Shown here one piece after another: positions 55,149 through 64,000 of a DNA stretch of 64,000 nucleotides. Origin of the DNA: Candidatus Fermentibacterota bacterium (GTDB lineage Bacteria; Fermentibacterota; Fermentibacteria; Fermentibacterales; JCC-6); the NCBI GenBank assembly GCA_030609965.1, contig JAUWSQ010000002.1:65395-129394 (forward strand), written 5' to 3'. Under the pieces are notes generated by a model that saw only the letters and a program-made list of their open reading frames with translations, had not been told where the DNA came from and searched no databases. How positions within the stretch are numbered: the stretch's first letter is position 1; every line of letters begins with the position of its first letter. Both the position numbers and the translations under genes were made by a program.

Positions 55149-56020
55149 TCCATCTTTTAAAGAATGCAATCAGTGAAGGTCTGCTTAATATCAGAAGAAA
55201 ACTTGGTTCGTTTCTGATAACTCTCCTAATGGTCAGCCTCTCTTTCATGGTGTTCGATATTTTTCTGATCATATCATGGAATCTGGGGACAGCTCTGAAG
55301 GATGAGCAGGAGAATGTTGGTATTGAAGTTTTCCTGAGGGACAATATCACCGAAGTTGAATCGGTCATTCTCGCAGATATTATTTCCGGTATGGAAGGTG
55401 TAAGATCGGTTTATTACGTATCTCCGGAGGAAGCTGAAGCCGTTTTCAGAGCGGACCTGCCCGAACAGGCCGATCTTCTGACTCTCCTGGGTCCCCAGTT
55501 TCATCTTCCGGCGTCTATCCAGATATCACTACATCCCGATTACAGGAATTCAGAGAAAGTCGGTGGTCTGGCCAGAACCATATCGGGAATGGACGGTGTG
55601 GAGGATATAGTCTACGGTAAGGAGTATCTGCCAGGCCTGACAAGGGCGGTTGATATTCTTGAAAAACTGGTTATACTCGCCGGACTTGTTCTGGCCCTGA
55701 GTCTTTCGCTTGTAGTGGCGAATACCGTCAGACTTGCAGTTGCGAGAAGGGCACTGACCGTACAGATAATGAGTATAGTAGGGGCACCGGGATGGTTCGT
55801 AAGAGTACCTTTCCTCGGTGAAGGACTGCTAACTGGTGTAACCGGGGCCGCAGGCAGCCTTCTATTGACTATGGCTGTATCCTGGATGCTTTCATCCAGT
55901 GTACCCCATGAGTTCCTGCCCGGTAAATGGATAATGCTGGTTCTGATTCTAGGAGCTTCCTCCGGTGCTGCGGGAAGCTGGATAGGTATGAAGTCCGGTA
56001 TTCCAAAACCTCGATCATGA
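55145..56020 (+). CDS. ftsX: FtsX-like permease
   Basis: One TM, periplasmic domain, three C-terminal TM helices. ATGA overlap with ftsE. Confidence 0.85.
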   Translation: MIHLLKNAISEGLLNIRRKLGSFLITLLMVSLSFMVFDIFLIISWNLGTALKDEQENVGIEVFLRDNITEVESVILADIISGMEGVRSVYYVSPEEAEAVFRADLPEQADLLTLLGPQFHLPASIQISLHPDYRNSEKVGGLARTISGMDGVEDIVYGKEYLPGLTRAVDILEKLVILAGLVLALSLSLVVANTVRLAVARRALTVQIMSIVGAPGWFVRVPFLGEGLLTGVTGAAGSLLLTMAVSWMLSSSVPHEFLPGKWIMLVLILGASSGAAGSWIGMKSGIPKPRS

Positions 56021-56032
56021 CAGGGAGATAAA

Positions 56033-56491
56033 ATGAAGAAAATGCTGATAATTCTGATAATTCTGTCCGGTATCGCGTTCGCCCAGAGTGAATCCAGAAC
56101 GGGCGCTGCGCCGGCAGCCGGTGAGGTAATAGAAACCACCACCACAGTCACTGAAACAGGTGCTCCAGCTGAGGAAGCGGCTTCTCAGACATGCATGGGC
56201 GGTGGAGGGATAATGAGTTTCCTCCCGATGATAGCCATTATAGCGATATTCTATTTTCTGATGATCCGTCCTCAGCAGAAGCAGTCCAAGATGCTGAAGC
56301 AAATGCGGAGCGCACTCCAGCGGGACGACAAAGTTGTAACAAGCGGTGGAATACACGGTATTATCACGAACATCAAGGGTGATGACGTAGTTACGGTTAA
56401 AATTGCCGACGGAGTAAAGATTGATGTTGACAGGAACTCCCTGCAGATCGAAAGCCAGAACCAGACCGAGTGCGGACCTGCCTGCAAATAA
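56033..56491 (+). CDS. yajC: Preprotein translocase subunit YajC with an unusual N-terminal extension
   Basis: YajC core FLPMIAIIAIFYFLMIRPQQK...L..GD.VVT.GG..G.I, preceded by about 60 aa carrying a signal-peptide-like segment (MKKMLIILIILSGIAFAQS). Confidence 0.8.
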   Translation: MKKMLIILIILSGIAFAQSESRTGAAPAAGEVIETTTTVTETGAPAEEAASQTCMGGGGIMSFLPMIAIIAIFYFLMIRPQQKQSKMLKQMRSALQRDDKVVTSGGIHGIITNIKGDDVVTVKIADGVKIDVDRNSLQIESQNQTECGPACK

Positions 56492-56525
56492 ACGAAAGAG
56501 TTTTACAGGGATGTAAAGGTTGGCC

Positions 56526-57056
56526 ATGTCATCAAGAAAACTTCAGTATTACGGTTCTGCAATACTGAGAAACAGTTCGAGAATAATTGATATCTCATCG
56601 GAGCTGGAGTCTCTTCATTCCCTTTTTTCGGATATGCTGGAGATACTGAGATTTGAAAATGGACTTGGACTTGCAGCTCCGCAGGCCGGGGAGAATGTAA
56701 GACTGTTCATACTCAACTCCGAGGAACTCAAACTGAGCGGTCATTCAATATTCGTAAACCCCGAAATTACAACATCAGGACCTCTGCACAAGGATGAGGA
56801 AGGGTGCCTCAGTATCCCGGGTGTATTCGAGTACGTCAGGAGACCTTTCAGCGCGTCCGTTACCGCGTACGATCTTGCTGGCGAGCGGTTCACTCTTGAT
56901 CTCGATGATTATTCCGCAAGGGCAGTTCAGCATGAAAATGACCATCTGGATGGGATTCTCTTCGTAGACCGGCTCAGTCCTTTAAGAAAACGGCTCGTTA
57001 AAAAACATCTTTTCGACATAAAGAGGGAATACGGTCCTGACAGCAGGATTCTCTGA
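56526..57056 (+). CDS. def: Peptide deformylase
   Basis: GLGLAAPQ, EGCLSIPG, HENDHLDG. TTG 56520 is an alternative start. Confidence 0.9.
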   Translation: MSSRKLQYYGSAILRNSSRIIDISSELESLHSLFSDMLEILRFENGLGLAAPQAGENVRLFILNSEELKLSGHSIFVNPEITTSGPLHKDEEGCLSIPGVFEYVRRPFSASVTAYDLAGERFTLDLDDYSARAVQHENDHLDGILFVDRLSPLRKRLVKKHLFDIKREYGPDSRIL

Positions 57057-57979
57057 TGAGAGTCATCTTTATGGGTACTTCGGTCTTTGCTTTGCCATGC
57101 CTTAGGGTACTTCTCGAATCGGAAAATAATCTCTTGTGTGTTGTTTCCAGGCCGGCCAGACCAGCCGGTCGCGGTAAGAAGCTGCGCCAGCCTCCCGTAG
57201 CTGAGTATTCGCTGAAGAATCGGCTTGAAATTCATCAGCCGGATAAACTCACTGGAGAGTTCATTGATACCCTCAAGTCCCTCAAACCGGAGCTGATTAT
57301 TTCTGCAGCTTACGGTGCCTGGCTTCCGAAGAAACTTCTGGAGATCCCGCAAATGGGTGTGGTCAACGTTCATCCATCCATCCTGCCCGAATACAGGGGA
57401 GCCGCCCCGATCACAAGGGCTTTGCTCGATGGCAGGGAGGAGACAGGGGTGTCTTTCATGCTTACGGACTGCGGATGGGATACAGGACCTGTTTTAGCCG
57501 CAATTCATGAGAGAATACTCCCCTCGGACACCACCGGCTCATTGCAGGAGAGACTCTCAATTAAAGCTGCAGACAACCTTATCGATGTTATTGAAGGTTA
57601 TTCCAGCGGACAGCTGGTTCCGGAGAGTCAGCCGGAGGAGGCTCTTTATGCCGATAAGATAACAACGGATGAGACCTGGCTGGACTGGAACAGAACTGCC
57701 CGGTACCTTGAGCGGAAGGTAAGGGCTTTTCAGCCATCTCCGGGGGCAAGAACACTGTACTCTGGAAAACTTCTGAAAGTTTCTGCTGCGCGTGTATCAC
57801 TCTGCAAAGCGGAACCCGGTGAGGTAGTTCTCAAGGCAGGTCTGCTTTACGTGGGATGCGGGGGAGAGGAGTCTCTGGAGATTCTTGAAATCCAGCCGGC
57901 TTCCAGAAGCGTCATGAGCACAGCTGAATTCCTCAGAGGCGCAAAGATGAAAACCGGTGATATACTTGGAAAAACTTAA
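57056..57979 (+). CDS. fmt: Methionyl-tRNA formyltransferase
   Basis: MRVIFMGT..FA, NVHPSILPEYRGAAPI, C-terminal Formyl_trans_C. Follows def. Confidence 0.9.
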   Translation: MRVIFMGTSVFALPCLRVLLESENNLLCVVSRPARPAGRGKKLRQPPVAEYSLKNRLEIHQPDKLTGEFIDTLKSLKPELIISAAYGAWLPKKLLEIPQMGVVNVHPSILPEYRGAAPITRALLDGREETGVSFMLTDCGWDTGPVLAAIHERILPSDTTGSLQERLSIKAADNLIDVIEGYSSGQLVPESQPEEALYADKITTDETWLDWNRTARYLERKVRAFQPSPGARTLYSGKLLKVSAARVSLCKAEPGEVVLKAGLLYVGCGGEESLEILEIQPASRSVMSTAEFLRGAKMKTGDILGKT

Positions 57980-58670
57980 GAAAGCCTCACTGCTTTTTCA
58001 TATCGGCCTTCTGCTGTTTTCCATCGCTCCTGCACTGATCGTACTCCTTCTGCTCCTGGTCGCAAGCGTTGGATTTGCACTTTCAATGGCAGCGGCGCTG
58101 CTTACAATCGCTCTGTTTCAGTTTTACGGATTACTCTTCGTGAAGGGGGCAGCAGGCAATCCGATACCACTCAGGCTTTCATTCTGGACACTGAAAATAC
58201 TGCAGTCGGTTCACACATTACCCCACCATACACCGGAGAAAATGGTCGTGTCCATGAACAACCGCAAAGCTCTTTCTGAAGCTGGCAGGAAATTCAGTTC
58301 CGATGAAGTTCTGATCCTTGTACCTCATTGCCTTCAGAATCACGAATGCCTCATCAGGCTTACGTTCGATCCCGATTCCTGCGAAAGATGCGGTAAATGT
58401 CCTGTCGGGAGCCTTCTTGAAATAAAAGACAGGTTCGGTACTCACTTCGCTATAGCTTCGGGTGGAACCTCCGCCAGAAGGATAGTAGAGAAGACCGCTC
58501 CCTCACTCATTGTCGCTGTGGCCTGCCCGGTTGATCTTTCACTGGGAATTCTTGATGTGCATCCCATAACAACGGTGGGCGTTCTTAACGAATGGCGCAA
58601 CGGTCCATGCTTCGATACCTGGGTCAATACCGAAGAACTGGAAGCCGCCCTGGAACTGTTCGTCGACTGA
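57957..58670 (+). CDS. DUF116-like membrane-anchored Cys-rich protein
   Basis: N-terminal TM helices, then LVPHCLQNHEC....D...CERCGKC.....L........IASGGT.ARRI.....P..IVAVAC..DL. GTG start. Confidence 0.5.
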   Translation: MIYLEKLKKASLLFHIGLLLFSIAPALIVLLLLLVASVGFALSMAAALLTIALFQFYGLLFVKGAAGNPIPLRLSFWTLKILQSVHTLPHHTPEKMVVSMNNRKALSEAGRKFSSDEVLILVPHCLQNHECLIRLTFDPDSCERCGKCPVGSLLEIKDRFGTHFAIASGGTSARRIVEKTAPSLIVAVACPVDLSLGILDVHPITTVGVLNEWRNGPCFDTWVNTEELEAALELFVD

Positions 58671-58735
58671 AAGAACCCGTTGGATTTTCCACAATCCCAT
58701 GACCTGCTCACAAAGCAGCCCATTCGTTCCAAGCA

Positions 58736-58852
58736 TACGGATTACTGTACGAAAAGGGTGTTACAGACAATCCGATACCCCTCAGGCTTTCATTCTGGAC
58801 ACTGAAGGCACTACAGTCAATTCACAATCTTTCCCGGTATACTCCGGAGAAT
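58736..58852 (+). pseudogene. Degenerate duplicate of the 5' part (58125-58245) of the DUF116 gene, ending in a stop
   Basis: About 80% identity by eye. In the matching frame it reads ...NPIPLRLSFWTLKALQSIHNLSRYTPENI*, against NPIPLRLSFWTLKILQSVHTLPHHTPEKMVV in the intact gene. Confidence 0.7.
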
Positions 58853-58926
58853 ATTTGAAACGGGGCCAGGTCTTGCATTTGAGCATTATGTATAGTTTAT
58901 TTATAGATTCTATCTATATATCATGG

Positions 58927-60444
58927 TCATATTCTATATTTTCGTTTTCCTGTTTCTATTGTCCTGGTTTCAGTTTTCTTCCCGTTATTAATTTCAAGAT
59001 AGAATGACTTTGCTGTTTCTATAGTGATGTAAACAGGATCTTCGATCGTATTTCTCCGATTGCAGACGATGTCAACAGGCGAATCACCAAATATTATGTT
59101 TCGGACTCCCATTTCCTCCAAAGAAAGAAGATTCCAGTGAATGGTATTTGCAGGAACATCAAGTGTAATGCCGATATAGTTCTCAATCAGCTGGGCAATC
59201 GGACCGACAGCCGACCAGCCTACGAAATCAGGTTTAGCAAGGTCGCCTGGTTCTGCGGTTTCAGGAGAGTAACTTTCCCAGACAGTGCCGGTATCCCTGA
59301 AGACTGCCGAAATATTGTCCAGATGATTACAGACGATTTCTCTGGCCAGTTGATGACGGTTATTTGCTGATAATCCTTTCACAATCATGTGATTGGTAGG
59401 CGCCCATACGCTGCCCAGCCAGTAGTGACCGGTATTTTCGTATTCCGGATGGTCGGCGGATAGAGTCGGTACCCGGTGTTTCCGATTGAACGAATGTGGA
59501 TCATTAAGGTGAGATACTGATTTTTCGACCTGATGATTATCAGTAATACGTGCCCAGAGAGGCCAGAACGAAGCTATGGTTTTAACTTTCAGGTACGAAT
59601 CATCTTTATCCAGATCCCAGAATATACCATCCTCTTCACACCACATGGTTGAGTTTATCAACCGTTTGAGTTCATTGTATTGAGCCTTGAATGCCTGCCC
59701 GGTTGCCGTATCACCTGCAATTCGAGCCAATTTTATTAAATAGTAAGCAGATAGAGCTTCAATCGCGTCGTAATCGATCCAGCTGTAAGGCGGGTAAGGC
59801 TTGTCAGAAATACTTCGTGGTGAGTTATCCATGCCGCTTCCCCATCCTGACCACCAGTAGTGCCCGTTAGAATGGCGACGGTTCTGTCGTATCCAGTCAG
59901 AATACTTTTTCAGAATTGGCAGTATGGCTGGAATACGAGAGGCATCACCTGTATGGCAATAGTACTCGTATTCAATCCATGAGAAAAGATTGTTGCGCGT
60001 GAACCAGCTGGTACCTGTGTCCTGATCATCCGTTCCGTCTGATTTACGTATCACACCGGCAATAGCTCCATCTTCATGCTGCTTGCGGTAGAAATTATCC
60101 AGACTGACTATACTCGGCAGTGCTCCCTGGGAATATTTAGCCCAGGCGACAGAAAAGCATGTATCCCATTGGAAAATACGTTTATCAAATGCAGCATCAA
60201 TGTATTGTTCAACAAATCCGTTTTCCGGCGTGCCCTTCTCCGTTTTGCTCAAACCGATCTGCCAGCATCTTTGATACATTGCAATTAAATCGGGTCGCGA
60301 AGGAATGAGAGGTTCAGGTACTGTCTTTAATAACTTGTCTGTTATTCTGTGCTTCAAGATTCTAATCCGCCAGGTTGATTCGACTCGAAAGAAAACAGCA
60401 TAGGCTGTGGTCGGGAGGCGGCGGAAGTAATCGTTCCGCCGCAC
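58927..60444 (-). CDS. Glycoside hydrolase, (alpha/alpha)6-barrel, GH63/MGH-like (trehalase or glucosidase-related)
   Basis: FQWDTCF, GWGSGMDNSPR, YWLGSVWAPTNHM. The N-terminal boundary is uncertain (GTG at 60444). Confidence 0.6.
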   Translation of the reverse strand: MRRNDYFRRLPTTAYAVFFRVESTWRIRILKHRITDKLLKTVPEPLIPSRPDLIAMYQRCWQIGLSKTEKGTPENGFVEQYIDAAFDKRIFQWDTCFSVAWAKYSQGALPSIVSLDNFYRKQHEDGAIAGVIRKSDGTDDQDTGTSWFTRNNLFSWIEYEYYCHTGDASRIPAILPILKKYSDWIRQNRRHSNGHYWWSGWGSGMDNSPRSISDKPYPPYSWIDYDAIEALSAYYLIKLARIAGDTATGQAFKAQYNELKRLINSTMWCEEDGIFWDLDKDDSYLKVKTIASFWPLWARITDNHQVEKSVSHLNDPHSFNRKHRVPTLSADHPEYENTGHYWLGSVWAPTNHMIVKGLSANNRHQLAREIVCNHLDNISAVFRDTGTVWESYSPETAEPGDLAKPDFVGWSAVGPIAQLIENYIGITLDVPANTIHWNLLSLEEMGVRNIIFGDSPVDIVCNRRNTIEDPVYITIETAKSFYLEINNGKKTETRTIETGKRKYRI

Positions 60445-60459
60445 CGATTCTGCTAAATA

Positions 60460-62268
60460 CTATATTATCTTTTCCAACTCCTCAAGTGTATTCTCCATTT
60501 TCTTAAGGGCTAAATTCACGGGTTCGGGAGTCGTAAGATCCACACCTGCTCCTTTGAGAAGTTCAAGAGGCGGTCTTGATGAGCCGCCCTTGAGGAATGC
60601 AATGAAACTATCGATTGCACCGGGTTCACCGGAGAGAATTCTGGAGGATATATCAATAGCTGAGGATAGACCGGTTGCGTATTTATATACGTAGAAGTTG
60701 TAGTAGAAGTGAGGAATTCTGGACCATTCAGTAGCAATGAAATCATCTTCATCGTCCCAAGCAAAGGAATCTCCGTGATACAGCTTCGTCAGATCGTAGT
60801 AAGAACTGTTAAGGTAGTCCGGCGTAAGCGGGTTGCCCGACTCAACATGTTCGTGGATCATTTTCTCGAATTCTGCGAACATGGTCTGTCTTACCAGTGT
60901 GGATTTGAATGTACCGAGAAGGTGATCAAGAAGGTAGGCTTTATCCTGTTTGTCATCCATTCTCTTGAGCAGAAGATCAATAAGGAGCATCTCATTTGTA
61001 GTTGAAGCAACTTCGGCTACGATGATCTTGTATTCGGACATGTGATACGGCTGTGATATCCTCGAGAGAAGGCTGTGCATGGAATGCCCGGCTTCATGAG
61101 CCAGAGTGAACACACTCCTGAGAGTACCGTTGAAGTTGTGGAGTATGTATGGATGCGAATCGTAACATCCACCCGAGTAGGCACCAGATCTCTTACCCTG
61201 GTTCTCGTATCTGTCTACCCACCTGTTTTCAAAACCCATGGCCAGGGCATCAACATAATCTCTGCCGAGGGGAGCTACGGCTTCAAGCGTCAGGTTTACT
61301 GCCTCATCCCACGTGTAATCGGCTTTGGATTCAGGCACAATGGGAACGTTGACATCGTACATGTGTGCTGAATCAAGATCCAGTGCATTCTTGCGGAACT
61401 GGAAGTACCTGTGGAGTACCGGCAGGTTGTCATGGACGGATTTTATCAGGGAATCGTATACTGAAACACTGACTATGTCATTGAAAAGAGAGGCTTCAAG
61501 TGCCGAATTATAGTTCCTCATTCTCGCCCTGAAGATATCAGATTTAACCTGTCCCTCCAGAAGAGCTGCTTTGGTTGCTACATTTCCTTTCACTTCGCCG
61601 TAGAAACCAAGGAAGGCATCCTTTCTGACTCTTCTGTCCTTCTTCTGAAGGAATGCGCTGAATTTGCCGCTGGTAAGCTTAACACTGTTTCCATTCTCAT
61701 CCTCGATCTCCGGTAACCTTGCAGGCATGTCAACGTTGCTGAGTTTTCCGAAGGCAGAGCTGAAACCGCTTATTATCTCGCTTGTATTTGCAAGAAGCAC
61801 CTCCTCTTTCTCCGAAAGGATGTGCGAACGGAACCTTAGAATATCCTGAAGCCATGTTCTGTATGGCTCAAGTTCCAATTTTTCCAGCCATGAATTAATG
61901 GTATCCTCAGGTATGGCAAGGAGTTCAGGTATTAAGAAAGAGTGAGCAGCGTTGAATTCAACGAACCTGCTTCTGATTCTGGAAAGCATTCCACTGTACA
62001 GGGAGTTTCCGAGGTCTTCATCTCCCTTCATACTGGCGTAAGTGAAGAGTTTTTCAAGAAGTCTGTGCTGTGACAGTAGCTCTTCGATAGAGGATTGAAG
62101 TGTTCCGGGGCCGTTTGCGAGCCTGCCGGTCCATTTCTTCATACTCTCCATGAAGGCTGCCGTCTTGTCGAAGTCCTTTTCCCAGTCATCATCTGTAGCG
62201 TAGATAGATTCAACGTTCCATGTCGCGAAAGCAGGGATTTCGTTTCTGGTTTTCAATTCATCAGGCAT
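60460..62268 (-). CDS. pepF: Oligoendopeptidase F (M3B)
   Basis: HEAGHSMH zinc motif, length 602 aa, family-typical N-terminal TWNVESIY... Confidence 0.9.
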   Translation of the reverse strand: MPDELKTRNEIPAFATWNVESIYATDDDWEKDFDKTAAFMESMKKWTGRLANGPGTLQSSIEELLSQHRLLEKLFTYASMKGDEDLGNSLYSGMLSRIRSRFVEFNAAHSFLIPELLAIPEDTINSWLEKLELEPYRTWLQDILRFRSHILSEKEEVLLANTSEIISGFSSAFGKLSNVDMPARLPEIEDENGNSVKLTSGKFSAFLQKKDRRVRKDAFLGFYGEVKGNVATKAALLEGQVKSDIFRARMRNYNSALEASLFNDIVSVSVYDSLIKSVHDNLPVLHRYFQFRKNALDLDSAHMYDVNVPIVPESKADYTWDEAVNLTLEAVAPLGRDYVDALAMGFENRWVDRYENQGKRSGAYSGGCYDSHPYILHNFNGTLRSVFTLAHEAGHSMHSLLSRISQPYHMSEYKIIVAEVASTTNEMLLIDLLLKRMDDKQDKAYLLDHLLGTFKSTLVRQTMFAEFEKMIHEHVESGNPLTPDYLNSSYYDLTKLYHGDSFAWDDEDDFIATEWSRIPHFYYNFYVYKYATGLSSAIDISSRILSGEPGAIDSFIAFLKGGSSRPPLELLKGAGVDLTTPEPVNLALKKMENTLEELEKII

Positions 62269-62484
62269 ACTTATCCAATCCGGTCTTTAAGTTTCTTTCA
62301 AACAGATATTTTATGAATCTGTCAGGCTGATAATGATCAATGCACTCCAGGGTTAAAAGAAATGAACGGCATTTACAGTAAGCAACAACTAATATACATT
62401 ATACATCACTGATTTCAATATATCATTTGAAATGTACTGTTCAGGAAACGTCAGATAGAACTAACTGCGATGTCGGAGAAAACT

Positions 62485-62883
62485 ATGAAAATACCAGGAA
62501 TATTGCTTTTTGCCGCTGTTCTTATTTCCTCAGCCTGCCTGAGTAACTCGAACTCGGACAACTCTAACATGGAATCTATCGTAGTTCTGGAAACCATTGA
62601 ATCTCCCGGTACGAACATTACCGGGCTTGCATGGGGAGAGGGGGATCTATGGGCAGTGGACGCGGAAAACGATACGATCTTCCGAATAAATACTACCAGT
62701 GGAGAAATCATCGGTTCTTTCAAATGCGGCACTCCTTCATCATTCTCTGCAACCGGGCTTGCATTCAGTGAAGAGCACAATCGGATTTTTCTGGGGCTCT
62801 GGAATCACTCAAACAATGGGTACATCTATTCCTATTCCCCCTCCGGCTCGTACCTTGGGTCGGTGAGTATGTGCGGGGGTTGA
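62485..62883 (+). CDS. Lipoprotein, N-terminal two blades of a beta-propeller; ends at an in-frame TGA
   Basis: Lipobox LISSACL. Blade-like repeats ITGLAWGEGDLWAVD..., ATGLAFSEE.... Same reading frame as 62902-63249. Confidence 0.6.
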   Translation: MKIPGILLFAAVLISSACLSNSNSDNSNMESIVVLETIESPGTNITGLAWGEGDLWAVDAENDTIFRINTTSGEIIGSFKCGTPSSFSATGLAFSEEHNRIFLGLWNHSNNGYIYSYSPSGSYLGSVSMCGG

Positions 62884-63249
62884 GGTAACCCTGTCTCGTC
62901 GGTGACGGGACTGGCAGCACATATGGATTATCTCTATGTCTCTTCAAGATCCCAGAACAGAACCTATCGTTATTCACTTCCGGGTATATCCGGCCGAACG
63001 AGCAGCACTCCATTTGGAGGAAACAGCAGAACCTGGGATATCGCTCGTGATTCCACAGGACGCATCTGGGTAGCATCAGACGATTCCGGGATTCCCGTTC
63101 GCTGTTGTGATTCATCCGGAAATACAGTACAAGAGATAAGTAACAGCATCATTTCATCCGCTACAGGCATGACAATTGATGATGACGGTCACCTCTGGGT
63201 AAGCAACAATGATGACATGACACTGTACCATATTGATGTAACGGAATAA
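62884..63249 (+). CDS. Continuation (three blades) of the same beta-propeller after the in-frame TGA; the ORF track starts it at GTG 62902
   Basis: Blades VTGLAAHMDYLYVSS, TWDIARDSTGRIWVASD, ATGMTIDDDGHLWVSNN. (62902-62470) is divisible by 3, and no other stop lies between. Confidence 0.5.
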   Translation, partial: GNPVSSVTGLAAHMDYLYVSSRSQNRTYRYSLPGISGRTSSTPFGGNSRTWDIARDSTGRIWVASDDSGIPVRCCDSSGNTVQEISNSIISSATGMTIDDDGHLWVSNNDDMTLYHIDVTE

Positions 63250-63311
63250 ATGCGGAAGGATTATAATTCTCTGACTGTTTGGCTTTTCATATTATAGAAA
63301 ATGGAGAAATA

Positions 63312-64000
63312 ATGCGTGATTGCATCTATGGAATTAATAGAAAAGTACCCCTTCTTGATGGAACGATGGTTCGTTATGTCAATCTGGATAATGCAGCCAG
63401 TACGCCGCCCCTGAAAAATGTTGTAGACGGGATCAATGCGCTGGCGCCGTATTATTCCAGCGTTCACAGGGGAACCGGTTTCAAATCAAGATTGTGTACT
63501 GAAGCATACGACAGGGCTCATACTGTAATAGCAGAGTTCGTCGGGGCTGATCTCAGCATTAATACGGTTATTTTCGTGAAGAACGCCACCGAAGCCATCA
63601 ACAAACTCGCTCACCGGCTTAAGGCCCCGAAGGATCACGTTGTTATAACCACTCGAATGGAACATCATTCAAATGATCTTCCTTGGAGGTACAACCACAG
63701 AACTGTCTATGTGCGGGCAACTTCAGACGGCCGGTTCGATGAGGAGCATTTCGATTCACTTCTGCATGAATACAAAGGGAAAATAGCCCTTGTTTCAGTA
63801 ACGGGTGCCTCCAACGTTACAGGATATATTCAGCAGATACATCAAATTGCCGAGAAAGTTCATGCAGTCGGCTCAAGAATCATGATAGATGCCGCCCAGC
63901 TTGCCCCGCACAGAAAAATAGATATGAGACCGGATGACGACCCGGGCCATCTTGATTTCATTGCAATAGCAGGGCATAAGATGTACGCTCCATACGGAAC
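63312..64000 (+). CDS. Class-V aminotransferase (cysteine desulfurase / selenocysteine lyase-like), 3' end off the right edge
   Basis: Own translation from ATG 63312: MRDCIYGINRKVPLLDGTMVRYVNLDNAASTPPL...YYSSVHRGTGF...VIFVKNATEAIN...EHHSNDLPW...AGHKMYAPYG (PLP-Lys region). Not in the ORF track because it has no stop in the window. Confidence 0.75.
   Translation, partial: MRDCIYGINRKVPLLDGTMVRYVNLDNAASTPPLKNVVDGINALAPYYSSVHRGTGFKSRLCTEAYDRAHTVIAEFVGADLSINTVIFVKNATEAINKLAHRLKAPKDHVVITTRMEHHSNDLPWRYNHRTVYVRATSDGRFDEEHFDSLLHEYKGKIALVSVTGASNVTGYIQQIHQIAEKVHAVGSRIMIDAAQLAPHRKIDMRPDDDPGHLDFIAIAGHKMYAPYG

Noticed and set aside
1-64000. A scan for CRISPR arrays, tRNA/rRNA genes, transposases, integrases, reverse transcriptases or toxin-antitoxin pairs
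   Set aside because: No regularly spaced direct repeats, no tRNA-like T-arm/acceptor patterns in the intergenic regions I read, and no ORF with recognisable transposase, recombinase or RT motifs. A proper tRNAscan/Infernal run is still advisable.

Overview
This is a densely coded 64-kb chromosomal window from an uncultured-looking diderm bacterium; BamD-, LolA- and SurA-like genes are present. Many neighbouring genes are linked by 4-nt ATGA stop/start overlaps. I recognised no rRNA, tRNA, CRISPR array, transposase or integrase.

Layout:
(i) 1-5974: a type IV pilus block, pilC-pilS-pilR, then a DUF2723 (TMEM260-like GT-C) gene translationally coupled to pilR, then a sigma-54-promoted pilin.
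(ii) 6040-25841: an accessory, visibly more AT-rich glycan island. It carries Wbp-like and Arn-like nucleotide-sugar genes, a GtrB/ArnC-like GT2, an MprF-flippase-like protein, a GT-B, a tailoring set (SDR, metallophosphoesterase, ATP-grasp, methyltransferase) and four more GT-C-like polytopic membrane proteins. A second paralogous sigma-54-promoted pilin sits in it.
(iii) 25857-64000: mostly housekeeping genes: obg, dprA, aroK, an HU fusion, ftsK, rimO, bamD, nadD, pilT, NfeD/SPFH, dapAB, amrBA, tyrS, upp, an M23 peptidase, mfd, three parvulin/SurA-type genes, ftsEX, yajC, def, fmt, DUF116, a GH63-like hydrolase, pepF, a beta-propeller lipoprotein and a class-V aminotransferase.

Best candidate for a new system: a pilin-linked periplasmic glycosylation island of two pilin plus GT-C modules bracketing lipid-linked sugar donor pathways.

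Other items worth a second look:
- nested inverted repeats enclosing aroK
- an HU-CBM48 fusion
- an in-frame TGA in a C-G-G-TGA context inside a five-bladed propeller gene
- a degenerate partial duplicate of the DUF116 gene
- a signal-anchor helix encoded upstream of a PPIase gene with no canonical start codon

All family assignments come from reading motifs by eye. No database search was run.
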